A stretch of DNA of 64,000 nt, taken from Nostoc sp. (GTDB lineage: Bacteria > Cyanobacteriota > Cyanobacteriia > Cyanobacteriales > Nostocaceae). The position numbers and the translations under genes were made by a program. The notes beneath the pieces are model-generated. The model did not search any database, had not been told where the DNA came from, and saw only the letters and a program-made list of their open reading frames with translations. The DNA lies in assembly GCA_036918135.1 (NCBI GenBank), contig JBALDB010000063.1, positions 21,105 through 85,104 on the forward strand. The letters run 5' to 3'. This document shows, piece after piece, positions 43,335 through 53,883 of the stretch (position 1 is its first letter; every line of letters starts with the position of its first letter).

Positions 43335-44048
43335 TTATTTCAGAATGGTGACATTTTCCCCTGCTGTGGGAAGATTTTGCCTGGAAATGACCTGATCGAT
43401 CAAACCGTAGTTCTTCGCCTCTTCTGCCGACATGAAAAAGTCGCGCTCGGTATCTGCTTCGATTCTTTCTAAAGGTTGACCAGTATGCTGAGATAGTAAC
43501 TGATTTAACTTTGCTTTAACGTAAAGAATTTCTCTGGCTTGAATTTCGATGTCAATGGCTTGCCCTTGAGCGCCACCAAGTGGTTGGTGAATCATAATCC
43601 GGGAATCAGGTAAAGACATGCGCTTACCCGCAGCTCCTGCTGTTAACAAAAACGCCCCCATGCTTGCGGCTAATCCAAAACAGATGGTAACAACATCCGG
43701 GCGAATTTGTTGTATTGTATCATAGATTGCCATCCCTGCGTAGACTGAGCCACCAGGAGAATTGATGTACAGTTGAATGTCCTTTTCTGAGTCTTCAGCG
43801 TCTAGGAATAACAACTGAGCGACAACTGAGTTAGCAATGGCATCGTCTATTGGCGTTCCCAAAAAGATAATCCGCTCGCGTAGCAGGCGGGAGTAGATGT
43901 CGAAAGCCCTTTCTCCCATACCGGATTGTTCTACCACCATCGGCACGATGTTGTTAGGGCTGCTCAACTGGGAGTTAATGTTTATTGGACTTAAGTTGCT
44001 GATGGGATTATTTCCCGACTGCGATACAAGCATAAAAGAGTTAACCAT
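43335..44048 (-). CDS. clpP: ATP-dependent Clp protease proteolytic subunit
   Basis: [28 protein letters not shown] and MIHQPLGG; lies in tig-clpP-clpX order. Confidence 0.97.
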   Translation of the reverse strand: MVNSFMLVSQSGNNPISNLSPININSQLSSPNNIVPMVVEQSGMGERAFDIYSRLLRERIIFLGTPIDDAIANSVVAQLLFLDAEDSEKDIQLYINSPGGSVYAGMAIYDTIQQIRPDVVTICFGLAASMGAFLLTAGAAGKRMSLPDSRIMIHQPLGGAQGQAIDIEIQAREILYVKAKLNQLLSQHTGQPLERIEADTERDFFMSAEEAKNYGLIDQVISRQNLPTAGENVTILK

Positions 44049-44441
44049 AATTGGGACAGAGGTCTAAACAGCAGATGCTGCCTTTAGACTAAGCGGAATT
44101 TTTATTTAAGCTACGTGTTAACCATTATGCCTTATATAAATTCCTCTCGTGTAACACAGTATCAAGCCCAGACACAAACGATGTCACTATTTCCTAAAAA
44201 TTCTTTAATTTTTCATTTTATCTCTCAATTCTAGGGAAGGACTGGGGACTCAAGCATTTGCCAAACCTGGAAAACAGGGAGTGTAGGAAGATGGGGAGGA
44301 AAAATAGCTATTACTTAATTAATTTCTCACCCCCACACTCTCCATCTCTCCATACTTCCTCATCTGGCTCATCTTCTTTAGCTTACCCATTTCACCAGCA
44401 CCTTAACTCACGACTGGTGAATAATTATAGCTATGGGTTTT

Positions 44442-45884
44442 TCACGAGCCTTGTGTAGCTTCTGTAGAAGGTTCGCTGCTTTCTTCTTGTGTCTGAGATG
44501 GATTGGCATTTGCATCTGATTGTGTTGTTTCTGTTTCCTCTGGCGGATTTAAGGAGCCTTCAGGTACAAGTTCAACTGAGGAGTGTTCTAGGAGCCAATC
44601 AATGATTTTCTCGCTCACCAGTTCATTTTCCACCATTGAGCGCAGTCTTTCTTCATCGATGTCTTGCTCATCTCGATACTGTTGTAAAAGTTCTGTGACT
44701 CTGGCTGCAATTTCGTCTGGTGTGACCTCAATAGATTCGCGTTTTCCAACTTCCTGTAAGGATAAAGAACGTTTTAGGCGTTCAATTGCCTCAGAGCGCG
44801 ATCGCTCCCGCAATTGAGGAATAATATCTTGAGTAAACAACTTCCTGACATCTAGTCCTTGTTGAGACAAGCGAATTGCTGTTTGGGTGAGCATTGCATC
44901 CACTTCTTTCTCAATTAAAGTTGCTGGCAAGTCAATTTCTACGTGCTTAAGCAGTTCCGTCAACAAGGCTTCTTGCTGATTTGTTTTAGTTTTTTCAGAG
45001 GCCTCTTTTTGATATCGCTCTACCAAAGACGTGCGTAACTCCTCCAAAGTTTCAAAGTCGCTGACTTCTTGGGCAAAATCGTCATTTAATTCTGGTAGCT
45101 CTTTTTCCTTGAGTTCTTTAACTGTCACGGTGAAAGTCGCTGCTTTTCCGGCTAAATCTTCATTAGCATATGGGTCTGGGAACTGTGCTGCAATTTCCTT
45201 GGTTTCTCCAGGATTCATACCCACGATCCCAGAGACAAAACCTGGAATAAATTTATCTTCCTGCAACTCAAGTTGAAAATCAGTCGCTTCGGCTCCGGGA
45301 ATAGCTTCTGGTTCGGCTGTTTCCCCTTCACCTTCGGCTTTTGAGAACACACCTTTAAAATCGACTACGGCAATGTCACCAAATTGAGCTGCACGTCCTT
45401 CTACAGGAATTAATGTTGCCAGTTCTTGACGTTCCTTGTCTAGGGTATTCTCTACTTGCTGTGGATCGTAGTTAACTTCTTCAGCTTTGGCTTGTAGGTC
45501 AGTGTACTGCACTAAATTTACTTCTGGCTCTACATCAACAGTCGCCGAAATCGTCAGGGGTTTTCCAGGTTCATAATTATTAATCAAATCCTCAAACGAC
45601 GAGCGCAGCTGCGGTTGACCTATTGCCGGGATGGCTTCTTGTTTAACTGCTTGCTCAATACCATCTTGAATTAGTTCTTCTAGGGCTGCTGCCTTAATTC
45701 GAGTCGTACCCAGCCGTTGTAGTAATATTGGCCGAGGCACCTTGCCTTTACGAAACCCAGGAATATTGGCAGTACTCGCTAAGTTTTTAATGACTTGTTC
45801 GTAAGTTTGCTTGGTAATTTCCGGCGTAATTTCTATTTCCAAACCAATTTGGCTGGCGGGAAGTTTTTCCTGGGTGACTTTCAT
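44442..45884 (-). CDS. tig: trigger factor
   Basis: IPGFRKGKVP ribosome-binding motif and FKBP-like FIPGF domain. Confidence 0.97.
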   Translation of the reverse strand: MKVTQEKLPASQIGLEIEITPEITKQTYEQVIKNLASTANIPGFRKGKVPRPILLQRLGTTRIKAAALEELIQDGIEQAVKQEAIPAIGQPQLRSSFEDLINNYEPGKPLTISATVDVEPEVNLVQYTDLQAKAEEVNYDPQQVENTLDKERQELATLIPVEGRAAQFGDIAVVDFKGVFSKAEGEGETAEPEAIPGAEATDFQLELQEDKFIPGFVSGIVGMNPGETKEIAAQFPDPYANEDLAGKAATFTVTVKELKEKELPELNDDFAQEVSDFETLEELRTSLVERYQKEASEKTKTNQQEALLTELLKHVEIDLPATLIEKEVDAMLTQTAIRLSQQGLDVRKLFTQDIIPQLRERSRSEAIERLKRSLSLQEVGKRESIEVTPDEIAARVTELLQQYRDEQDIDEERLRSMVENELVSEKIIDWLLEHSSVELVPEGSLNPPEETETTQSDANANPSQTQEESSEPSTEATQGS

Positions 45885-46726
45885 GCTTCGTCTCTAATTT
45901 TCTGGTATTTTAAACTCTGAGTACACACAAGACGCAAGTAATCGCGTTTATGGCTTGATGTCTCATAGAGGCTAATGGGAGGTTGCCACAAGGCTTGATG
46001 ATATCCAAAGATGGATGGTTGTCTTGGGGCAAAGATCCAGTGTACTGCCAATGTCCAAAGACTTGACACTTTAGCTTCATAACAATTAGTCATTGGTCAT
46101 TTGTCATTTCTCTCCCTACCTCCCTCATCCCCTTAATCTCCCCATCTCCCTACTCCCCAAACAAATCGAGCGCTCATGAATTAATTATTCATTGGGCTGA
46201 CACCGTGATATCCTGGTTCTCAACCAGTAGTTACTACTCTAAAGTTAAAGCTATAGTATTGAGTCTAGCTATTAACTTGCTGCACCAAAGCCCATCTCTT
46301 ATCTAGCCCAATAGCTGAGTTGAATGTTGTGCTAGCTTTATTTTGTTGGAATCTACAGTATATTCATCATCTTAGTAACGCATTTGGCGACTAAGACTTG
46401 ATTGCATTTACACATAGTAGAATGCCTCGGAAAAGACTAAGTGCAGATATATCAAATTATTATGTTAATAGTGGCTTGTTGTATAATAAATGTAGAGTTG
46501 AAATTTCTGTAAAAAATGAATAAGAAGAATTGTAAAATGCAACATTACTGAAACTTGTGAAAGAGTCAAGAAAATAAATGTATTGCATTAAGAGAGATAG
46601 ATTAAATTAGAAAAAATCTAAACTTATTCAAAACGTATCTTCAGAGTGCGATCGCCATCTAAACATAAGTAAATTGACAATTGTTCCAAAAGATTACATC
46701 CAAACCTCTTAAAGGAGGAAGCGAGT

Positions 46727-47764
46727 TTGTCTAAATCGTATCGTATAGCTATTTTGGGAGCCACTGGTGCCGTTGGTACGGAGTTGCTGGAATTATTGGA
46801 AAGCCGTACTTTTCCTGTTGCTGAGTTAAAGTTATTGGCATCAGAGCGGAGTGTCGGGCGCTCGCTGCAGTTTAATGGAGAAAATATACCAGTAGAGCCA
46901 GTTAGCGATCGCGCTTTTGAAAACGTTGATATAGTACTTGCTAGTGCGGGTGGCTCCACATCTAAAACTTGGGCAAGCGTCGCCGTGGAAAAGGGCGCGG
47001 TGGTAATTGATAATTCCAGTGCCTTTCGGATGAACCCCCAAGTCCCCTTAGTGGTACCAGAGGTTAATCCCCAAGCCGCAGCCAATCACCAAGGCATTAT
47101 TGCCAATCCTAACTGCACAACAATTTTAATGACTGTGGCAGTATGGCCATTGCATCAAATTAAACCAGTGCAGCGGATTGTAGCCTCAACTTACCAATCT
47201 GCTAGTGGTGCTGGGGCAAGAGCAATGGCAGAAGTGAAAACCCAAACCAGCGCTATACTACAAGGACAGCTACCAGTTGCCGAAGTATTGCCTTACCCAT
47301 TGGCATTTAATTTATTCCCGCATAACTCGCCGTTAAACGATTTGGGTTATTGTGAGGAAGAAATGAAAATGGTCAACGAAACTCGAAAAATTTTTGGCAG
47401 CCAGCAAATTAGAATTACTGCAACTTGTGTACGGGTTCCCGTACTTCGCGCTCACTCAGAAGCAATTAATTTAGAGTTTGCAAGTCCCTTTAGTGTAGAA
47501 GCAGCCAAAGAAATTTTAACTTCTGCTCCTGGAGTAAAATTGGTAGAAGATTGGAAAACTAATCATTTTCCGATGCCAATTGAAGCGACAGGTCAAGATG
47601 AAGTTCTAGTGGGAAGAATTCGTCAGGATATTTCTCATCCTTGTGGTTTGGAATTATGGTTATGTGGCGACCAAATCCGCAAAGGGGCAGCATTGAATGC
47701 TATACAAATCGCCGAGTTATTGGTAGAGAAAAATCTACTCAAACCATTAGTTACTAGTCATTAG
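46727..47764 (+). CDS. asd: aspartate-semialdehyde dehydrogenase
   Basis: GATGAVG, IDNSSAFRM, ANPNCTT, YQSASGAG and RKGAALN motifs. Confidence 0.97.
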   Translation: MSKSYRIAILGATGAVGTELLELLESRTFPVAELKLLASERSVGRSLQFNGENIPVEPVSDRAFENVDIVLASAGGSTSKTWASVAVEKGAVVIDNSSAFRMNPQVPLVVPEVNPQAAANHQGIIANPNCTTILMTVAVWPLHQIKPVQRIVASTYQSASGAGARAMAEVKTQTSAILQGQLPVAEVLPYPLAFNLFPHNSPLNDLGYCEEEMKMVNETRKIFGSQQIRITATCVRVPVLRAHSEAINLEFASPFSVEAAKEILTSAPGVKLVEDWKTNHFPMPIEATGQDEVLVGRIRQDISHPCGLELWLCGDQIRKGAALNAIQIAELLVEKNLLKPLVTSH

Positions 47765-47894
47765 TCATTGATAATTAGTTATGAGTGAATCAACCAAGGA
47801 CAAATGACAAAGAAAAAATGACACTTGAAAAAAATTTGCAAATAGATTATTACAAAATAAAACCACCAATATATAAAAGTATGGGTAATTAGGA

Positions 47895-48791
47895 GTGACA
47901 AAGAGGGTGGGAGATTTCGGCAATGTTTTAACCGCTATGATTACACCGTTTAAAGCAGACGGGAGTGTTAACTACGATGTAGCGGCAGAACTGGCAGCGC
48001 ATCTAGTTAACAATGGTACAGATACATTGGTGGTGTGTGGCACAACAGGTGAATCCCCTACTCTGAGTTGGGAGGAGGAATACCAGTTGTTTGTTGAAGT
48101 GTTGCAGTCTGTAGCAGGAAAAGCCAAGGTAATAGCTGGTTGTGGTTCAAATTCCACTAAAGAAGCGATCGCTGCTACCCAAAAAGCGGCTAAAATAGGA
48201 GTACATGGTTCCTTACAAGTTGTCCCTTATTACAACAAACCACCGCAAGCGGGATTAAAAGCTCACTTTCAGGCTATAGCACAAGCCTGTCCCGACTTAC
48301 CACTGTTGTTATATAATGTCCCTAGTCGTACCGGACAAAATCTCCACCCGGAAACAGTTGCTCAGTTAGCTCAGGTGAGCAATATTGTCGCAATCAAAGA
48401 ATCCACCGGTAGCATAGATCAAGCGAGTGAAATCCGTCGCTTGACACCAAAAGAATTTCAGATTTACTCTGGTGATGATTACATGACTTTGTCTATGTTA
48501 GCAATCGGGGCAAAGGGTGTAGTAAGTGTGGCTTCTCATCTGGTAGGAAATCAACTACAGCAGATGATCCAAGCTTTTAGTGCGGGTAAAATTGAGGTAG
48601 CTAGTGAGATTCATCTCCAACTCTTCCCGTTGTTCAAAGCTTTATTTCTGACTTCAAATCCCATTCCAGTTAAAAAAGCACTGAAACTTCAAGGTTGGGA
48701 GGTTGGTTCTACTCGTTTGCCACTATGTGAAGCAGACTCAGATGTCAGTCAAAAGTTAGAGGAAGTTCTTAAAGAACTTAATTTAATCTAA
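47895..48791 (+). CDS. dapA: 4-hydroxy-tetrahydrodipicolinate synthase
   Basis: GTTGES, PYYNKP, YNVPSRT, AIKES and YSGDD motifs (alternative start GTG 47907). Confidence 0.97.
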   Translation: MTKRVGDFGNVLTAMITPFKADGSVNYDVAAELAAHLVNNGTDTLVVCGTTGESPTLSWEEEYQLFVEVLQSVAGKAKVIAGCGSNSTKEAIAATQKAAKIGVHGSLQVVPYYNKPPQAGLKAHFQAIAQACPDLPLLLYNVPSRTGQNLHPETVAQLAQVSNIVAIKESTGSIDQASEIRRLTPKEFQIYSGDDYMTLSMLAIGAKGVVSVASHLVGNQLQQMIQAFSAGKIEVASEIHLQLFPLFKALFLTSNPIPVKKALKLQGWEVGSTRLPLCEADSDVSQKLEEVLKELNLI

Positions 48792-49069
48792 TCGCTAGCT
48801 ACTTGAGTGCTACTAATCTAGTGCTTAGTAAACATCATAATAAACAACGATCGTAATTGTTAACAAGTTGGTATTAAAAACCTGTATTAAAACTCATAGA
48901 TATACTATGAAAACTTTAGTATACCGTCCTTTTTATTGAATAAACAATTGAAAATCTCAATTAAAACTAGATTGCTTTAGGACTGACCCAAAAGACAATT
49001 AAAGTTGTTTGAAATACAAAATTGCTAAGTATCAACTTAATTAACAAAAAGTAACAATCTCAGGAGAAA

Positions 49070-50842
49070 ATGGTTAAAAACGAAGCTAATAATTCCGCCT
49101 TTAAAATTATTCCTTTAGGCGGTTTGCATGAAATTGGAAAAAATACCTGTGTTTTCGAGTACGACGATGAAATTGTTCTATTAGATGCAGGATTGGCTTT
49201 TCCTACAGAGGCAATGCATGGAGTAAATATAGTTCTCCCAGATACAACTTATTTGCGGGAAAATCGCCATAAAATTAAAGGGATGATCGTTACCCACGGT
49301 CATGAAGACCATATTGGTGGAATTGCTTTTCATCTCAAGCAATTTGACATACCTGTAATTTATGGTCCGAGACTAGCAATGGCAATGCTAGAAGGCAAAT
49401 TAGAAGAAGCAGGAGTACGCGATCGCACAGAATTAAGAAAAGTTCTACCCCGTGATGTCGTGCGGATTGGCAAAAATTTTTTAGTAGAATATATTCGCAA
49501 TACTCATTCTATAGCTGATAGCTTCACTGTTGCTATTCATACGCCACTTGGTGTAATCATTCACACAGGCGATTTTAAAATTGACCACACGCCAGTAGAT
49601 GGTGAAAGATTTGACCTGCAAAGGTTAGCAGAACATGGTGAAAAAGGTGTCCTTTGTTTGCTAAGTGATTCCACTAATGCAGAAATACCAGGTTTTACAC
49701 CTTCGGAGCGTTCAGTTTATCCCAATCTTGACCGAGTATTCGCTCAAGCCACTGGGCGATTGTTTGTCACCACCTTTGCTTCCAGTGTCCATCGCATCAA
49801 CATGATTTTGGATCTAGCCAAGAAGCATAACCGTGTAGTGACAGTGGTGGGACGTTCCATGCTGAACTTGATCGCTCATGCCCGCAATCTAGGTTACATC
49901 AAGTGTGAAGATAATTTGCTACAACCTTTGCACGCAGTCCGTAACCTGCCAGATGAAAGTGTGTTGATTCTGACTACAGGTTCCCAAGGCGAACCAATGT
50001 CAGCAATGACCCGCATTGCCAATAAAGAACACCCTCACGTCAAAATTCGTGAAGGCGATACAGTAGTATTCTCTGCTAATCCGATTCCCGGAAATACGAT
50101 CGCTGTAGTCAACACCATCGATAAATTGATGATTCAAGGGGCAAATGTAGTTTATGGTCGGGATAAAGGAATTCACGTCTCCGGTCACGGCTGTCAAGAA
50201 GACCAAAAGCTGATGATTGCCTTAACTCAACCGAAGTTCTTTGTGCCATTCCACGGCGAACATCGGATGTTGGTGAAGCACGCCCAAACTGCTCAAAGTA
50301 TGGGTATACCAGCAGAAAACACAATCATTATTCAAAATGGTGATGTCATAGAACTAACTGAAAACTCTATCCGCGTTGCTGGAAAAGTGCCATCTGGTAT
50401 AGAACTAGTAGATACCACAAGTTCCGGTATGGTAAGCGCCAAAGTGCTGCAAGAACGGCAACGCATGGCAGAAGAAGGTATTGTTACTATTGCTGCTGCC
50501 ATCGATTGGAATGGTAAACTGTTAGCAAAACCAGAAATTCACCTCCGGGGTGTAGTTACAAGTTTAGAGCGATCGCTCCTACAAACCTGGGTAAAACAAC
50601 GAATTGAAGAAATTCTCACTGTGCGCTGGTCGGAATTTGCTGCTGGAGAGGGTGAAGCAGCAGATATAGACTGGGGCGGATTGCAAGGTACTTTGGAGAG
50701 AGAATTGCAACGTTCCATCCGTCGAGAATTGCAATGTCAACCATCTGTAACTTTGTTGATGCAAATCCCTGATGAGCCACAGGTGAAAGTTGCCGATGGC
50801 AGAAGACGCCGGACTCGCACTGCTGCTCAGGTGGCATCTTAA
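49070..50842 (+). CDS. rnj: ribonuclease J
   Basis: PLGGLHEIGKN, THGHEDHIG, HTGDFK, TGSQGEP and HVSGH motifs. Confidence 0.97.
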   Translation: MVKNEANNSAFKIIPLGGLHEIGKNTCVFEYDDEIVLLDAGLAFPTEAMHGVNIVLPDTTYLRENRHKIKGMIVTHGHEDHIGGIAFHLKQFDIPVIYGPRLAMAMLEGKLEEAGVRDRTELRKVLPRDVVRIGKNFLVEYIRNTHSIADSFTVAIHTPLGVIIHTGDFKIDHTPVDGERFDLQRLAEHGEKGVLCLLSDSTNAEIPGFTPSERSVYPNLDRVFAQATGRLFVTTFASSVHRINMILDLAKKHNRVVTVVGRSMLNLIAHARNLGYIKCEDNLLQPLHAVRNLPDESVLILTTGSQGEPMSAMTRIANKEHPHVKIREGDTVVFSANPIPGNTIAVVNTIDKLMIQGANVVYGRDKGIHVSGHGCQEDQKLMIALTQPKFFVPFHGEHRMLVKHAQTAQSMGIPAENTIIIQNGDVIELTENSIRVAGKVPSGIELVDTTSSGMVSAKVLQERQRMAEEGIVTIAAAIDWNGKLLAKPEIHLRGVVTSLERSLLQTWVKQRIEEILTVRWSEFAAGEGEAADIDWGGLQGTLERELQRSIRRELQCQPSVTLLMQIPDEPQVKVADGRRRRTRTAAQVAS

Positions 50843-51037
50843 TAAAAATCTCACGCAAAGGCGTAAACTATAAGGCAGCGCGGTCTTGGGGAGCCACTGC
50901 GGTTTTAAGGGTCTCCCCCATGAGGACTGCCGCGCAAAGTTTTTACGAGCATCTTTGCGCCTTTAGGTGAGATGCAGTTTTTATCATCTGTACAGAAGCC
51001 GCAGCAGCTTGTACTTGAGTAATTGGAAGCGATCGCT

Positions 51038-51598
51038 ATGACTAAAACACCAATAAAAATTAGTACTCTGGAGGAGTATGTAAATTTTGCTGACGGTACT
51101 GACAAGCGCTATGAAATTGAGGATGAGGTGCTGGTAGAAATGCCTCCTGGTACTGGCAAACATGAGGCGATTATCACCCTACTGTTAGTTCGCTTGTTTT
51201 TAGAAATTCAAAAGATGGGTCTGCCTTTACAACCACGCCCCAACGGTACAGAGGTGTTGACCAACAAACAACTTAGAAGACCTGATGTTTGTGTAATTAC
51301 TAACGAACAGGCAAAAAGTATTGAGACTACTTCTGCTATTCTTAAGACTCCCCCACCCCTTTTAGTTGAGGTAGTCAGTCTTGAATCTATTGACCGGGAC
51401 TATAATCAAAAAACCTCTGAGTATGCAGTTATGGGTGTGGTCGAATATTGGATTGTTGACCCTTTGGAAAATAAAGTAACTGTGTGTTTGCTAAATCAAG
51501 GAAGTTATAAGCAAACTGTGTTTATCGCAGACCAAAGAATTGTTTCTCAAACGTTCCCAGAATTAACTCTGACTGTTGAGCAGGTGCTTTCAGCATAA
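51038..51598 (+). CDS. Uma2-family (PD-(D/E)XK) endonuclease-like protein
   Basis: RRPDV, LLVEVVS, EYWIVDP and SQTFPELTLT motifs. Confidence 0.92.
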   Translation: MTKTPIKISTLEEYVNFADGTDKRYEIEDEVLVEMPPGTGKHEAIITLLLVRLFLEIQKMGLPLQPRPNGTEVLTNKQLRRPDVCVITNEQAKSIETTSAILKTPPPLLVEVVSLESIDRDYNQKTSEYAVMGVVEYWIVDPLENKVTVCLLNQGSYKQTVFIADQRIVSQTFPELTLTVEQVLSA

Positions 51599-51611
51599 TA
51601 TCGCCCTATCC

Positions 51612-52808
51612 TCAATGAATCCAGAGGTACACTAGAAGTAAAGTACATAGTGTGACTGGTACTCCAAATCTGAGATGTTCCCAGAAAGTTAGCTTGTAAC
51701 CTAAATCAGCAGCGGCTTCTACAACAATTAAGTTGGCGACTGAACCAAACACAGTCAAATTACCTGCCAAGGTTGCTCCAGCTGCTAGTAATAGCCAATA
51801 TTTAGTATCACCCTCAGCAATCAGGGGATGCAGTAGGAGTACAGCAGGTACATTAGAAATTAAGTTAGATAAAACAACAGTTACACCCAAAAAACTTGCA
51901 GCAGAGTTCACCGTGTAGGTAAATGGTTGGAGTAAATTTAGTTTCTGGGTGGCTCGCGTCAAGATAAACAATCCAGAAAACATTACCAGCAGATTCCAAT
52001 CGACTTTTTGTAAAATGCGCTGGGGTTTAACTCGCCGAGTGATTAATAACAAGCTAGCAGCAACTAAAGCAGACTCAGCTAAGGGTAAGCCGATAGTAAA
52101 CGCAATTAGCAGCCCAGCTGTAATCACTAATGTTTTATAAAATAAGGGTTTAAAAATACGTTGGTTGGTAGTGGGTAATAGTTGGCAAGGTTTGACTGAG
52201 CGCACATCTGGATAAAGTAGCCACAGTAATCCTACTTGAACTACCAAGCCTACAAGGGCAACTGGTGCTAATACACGCAGAAAATCTAGGTAAGGAATGC
52301 TTGAAAAGGAGCCAATCAAGATGTTTTGCGGATTACCGCTCAAGGTAGCTACCGAACCTATATTAGTTGCGCCAGCGATCGCTAGTAAATAAGGTATCGG
52401 ATTTAAACCCAAAGTTTGAGTCAAGCTCAAGGTTAAGGGTGTAAAAATCAGCGCTATGGTGTCATTGAGAAAAAAGGCTGAAAGAATCCCACTGCTAAAA
52501 GTTAAAGCAATCAACAAGCCTAAAGGACTGCGAGTAACACTCAGTATTACAGATAGCGATCGCCGAAAAAACCCTGCATAAAATAGGTTGGCGTTCACTA
52601 CCATCATGCTTAAGAGAAACACGATGGTATTAGCATCAATAGCCTGCCATGCTTGTTCTAGATTCAGAACACCTAAAGCAATTAAAAAAGCAGAACCAAC
52701 TAAAGCGATGGTGGCGCGGTTCATGCGTAAACCTGGAATGTAGCCCAATGCTAACCCCAGGTAAGTTAATCCTAATACGCTATAGGTAGCAAATTCTCGA
52801 AAAATCAC
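51612..52808 (-). CDS. ArsB/NhaD/CitM-family anion transporter
   Basis: SAFFLNDT, TNIGSVATLSGNPQN, SNLISNVPA and GSVANLIV motifs. Confidence 0.9.
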   Translation of the reverse strand: MIFREFATYSVLGLTYLGLALGYIPGLRMNRATIALVGSAFLIALGVLNLEQAWQAIDANTIVFLLSMMVVNANLFYAGFFRRSLSVILSVTRSPLGLLIALTFSSGILSAFFLNDTIALIFTPLTLSLTQTLGLNPIPYLLAIAGATNIGSVATLSGNPQNILIGSFSSIPYLDFLRVLAPVALVGLVVQVGLLWLLYPDVRSVKPCQLLPTTNQRIFKPLFYKTLVITAGLLIAFTIGLPLAESALVAASLLLITRRVKPQRILQKVDWNLLVMFSGLFILTRATQKLNLLQPFTYTVNSAASFLGVTVVLSNLISNVPAVLLLHPLIAEGDTKYWLLLAAGATLAGNLTVFGSVANLIVVEAAADLGYKLTFWEHLRFGVPVTLCTLLLVYLWIH

Positions 52809-52915
52809 TAATATTTAGCCTAATTATTTTAGTTAGGCAGACTTCGTTTCAGTAGCCTCCCAATCAAGGCTAGGGAGAATTTTTCTTTTTGTGTCTTTTG
52901 CATTTAGCCAAAAAT

Positions 52916-53015
52916 TATAGCAAGCGAATTAAAGGTTAGGACATCTTGAAAGTCTAGATGTCAGGAATAGTAATGTTTTACCTCCTGCCTCCAGCAAGAA
53001 CTGCCTCCTGCTATA
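52916..53015. repeat. ~100-bp dispersed repeat bounded by TATAGCA...TGCTATA (copy 2)
   Basis: Similar to 26414-26514. Confidence 0.7.
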
Positions 53016-53327
53016 ACAGAACACAAAACCCAAGGACGCACAAACACACAGACGAAAGACTGCCGACTAGAGTATTACTGTTATTTATACTTACAAAAAA
53101 TACTTTGAAAAAGATTTTATTTTAAGTTTTGTAAATGTTACACTAAAACCTACCCAACGGTGGATGTCTTTATTAAAATTTAAACTGTGTCAAGTTACAA
53201 ACAAGATTAGATTACTACAGTACCGATACCGCGAAAATTGCGGTTAACTTAACGTAGTAATAAATATAGGTTCTGACTTAAGTGGCTAATCGGGTATTAC
53301 ATTATATCGTAGTCAGGACGCGAATAT

Positions 53328-53360
53328 TCCGGAAAGTTCGTTGCCACGTTGTATACATTC
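53328..53360 (+). promoter_or_regulatory. candidate DIF1-type (heterocyst differentiation) promoter
   Basis: TCCGGA at 53328-53333, 17-nt spacer, GTATACATT, ~40 nt before GAGGA-ATG 53402. Confidence 0.4.
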
Positions 53361-53401
53361 ACCAGAAAGGTGAACAGCCTCAATAATACAGAGGATTAAT
53401 C

Positions 53402-53779
53402 ATGAAGGTATTTGATAATACCACAAAAAAGATTTTTCTGGCTAGCTGGGTCTCAATCAATCAACCAGAGACTAGCGAGCAGAAACTAACCCAGCTAAAC
53501 CCTTCTGCTTCTAGGCATTACTGGGATATTCTCCAACCCCTACGGCAGCAAGTAGAAAACATTCAAGTTCGCGATCGCCAACTAGCTCACCGCTTGTGCA
53601 AACTAATTCCATCTCAGTGTCCCTTTGAACGAGATGTCAAATTATTTGGCAAAACCCTGTTTCACATTCCGCCGATGTGTAAGCTCAACCCCCTATATGA
53701 AGAAGTGGTTGGTTTACGTTTTCGAGCGCTGTGTTATCTAGCCGACGAATGTGGCGAGGATGTATCGCAGTACTGCTAA
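53402..53779 (+). CDS. Mo-dependent nitrogenase C-terminal domain protein
   Basis: LCKLIPSQCPFERD...HIPPMCKLNPLYEEVVGLRFRALCYLADECGED. Confidence 0.9.
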   Translation: MKVFDNTTKKIFLASWVSINQPETSEQKLTQLNPSASRHYWDILQPLRQQVENIQVRDRQLAHRLCKLIPSQCPFERDVKLFGKTLFHIPPMCKLNPLYEEVVGLRFRALCYLADECGEDVSQYC

Positions 53780-53883
53780 TACACACTGCTAAGGGAAAAA
53801 TTAGAGGTCAGGAGTTATAAGTCTAGAATTAAAAATATAACTCCTAACTTCTAACTCCTAGCTATTTTTTTACTATTTTTTTA

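Noticed and set aside
45885..46726. ncRNA in the long tig-asd intergenic region
   Set aside because: Only a short ATTGGGCT/AGCCCAAT inverted pair was seen, with no recognisable RNA family motif; insufficient support.
51038..51598. Uma2 nuclease as a defence system
   Set aside because: Uma2 genes are highly multicopy and scattered in Nostocales; this one is solitary with no partner genes.
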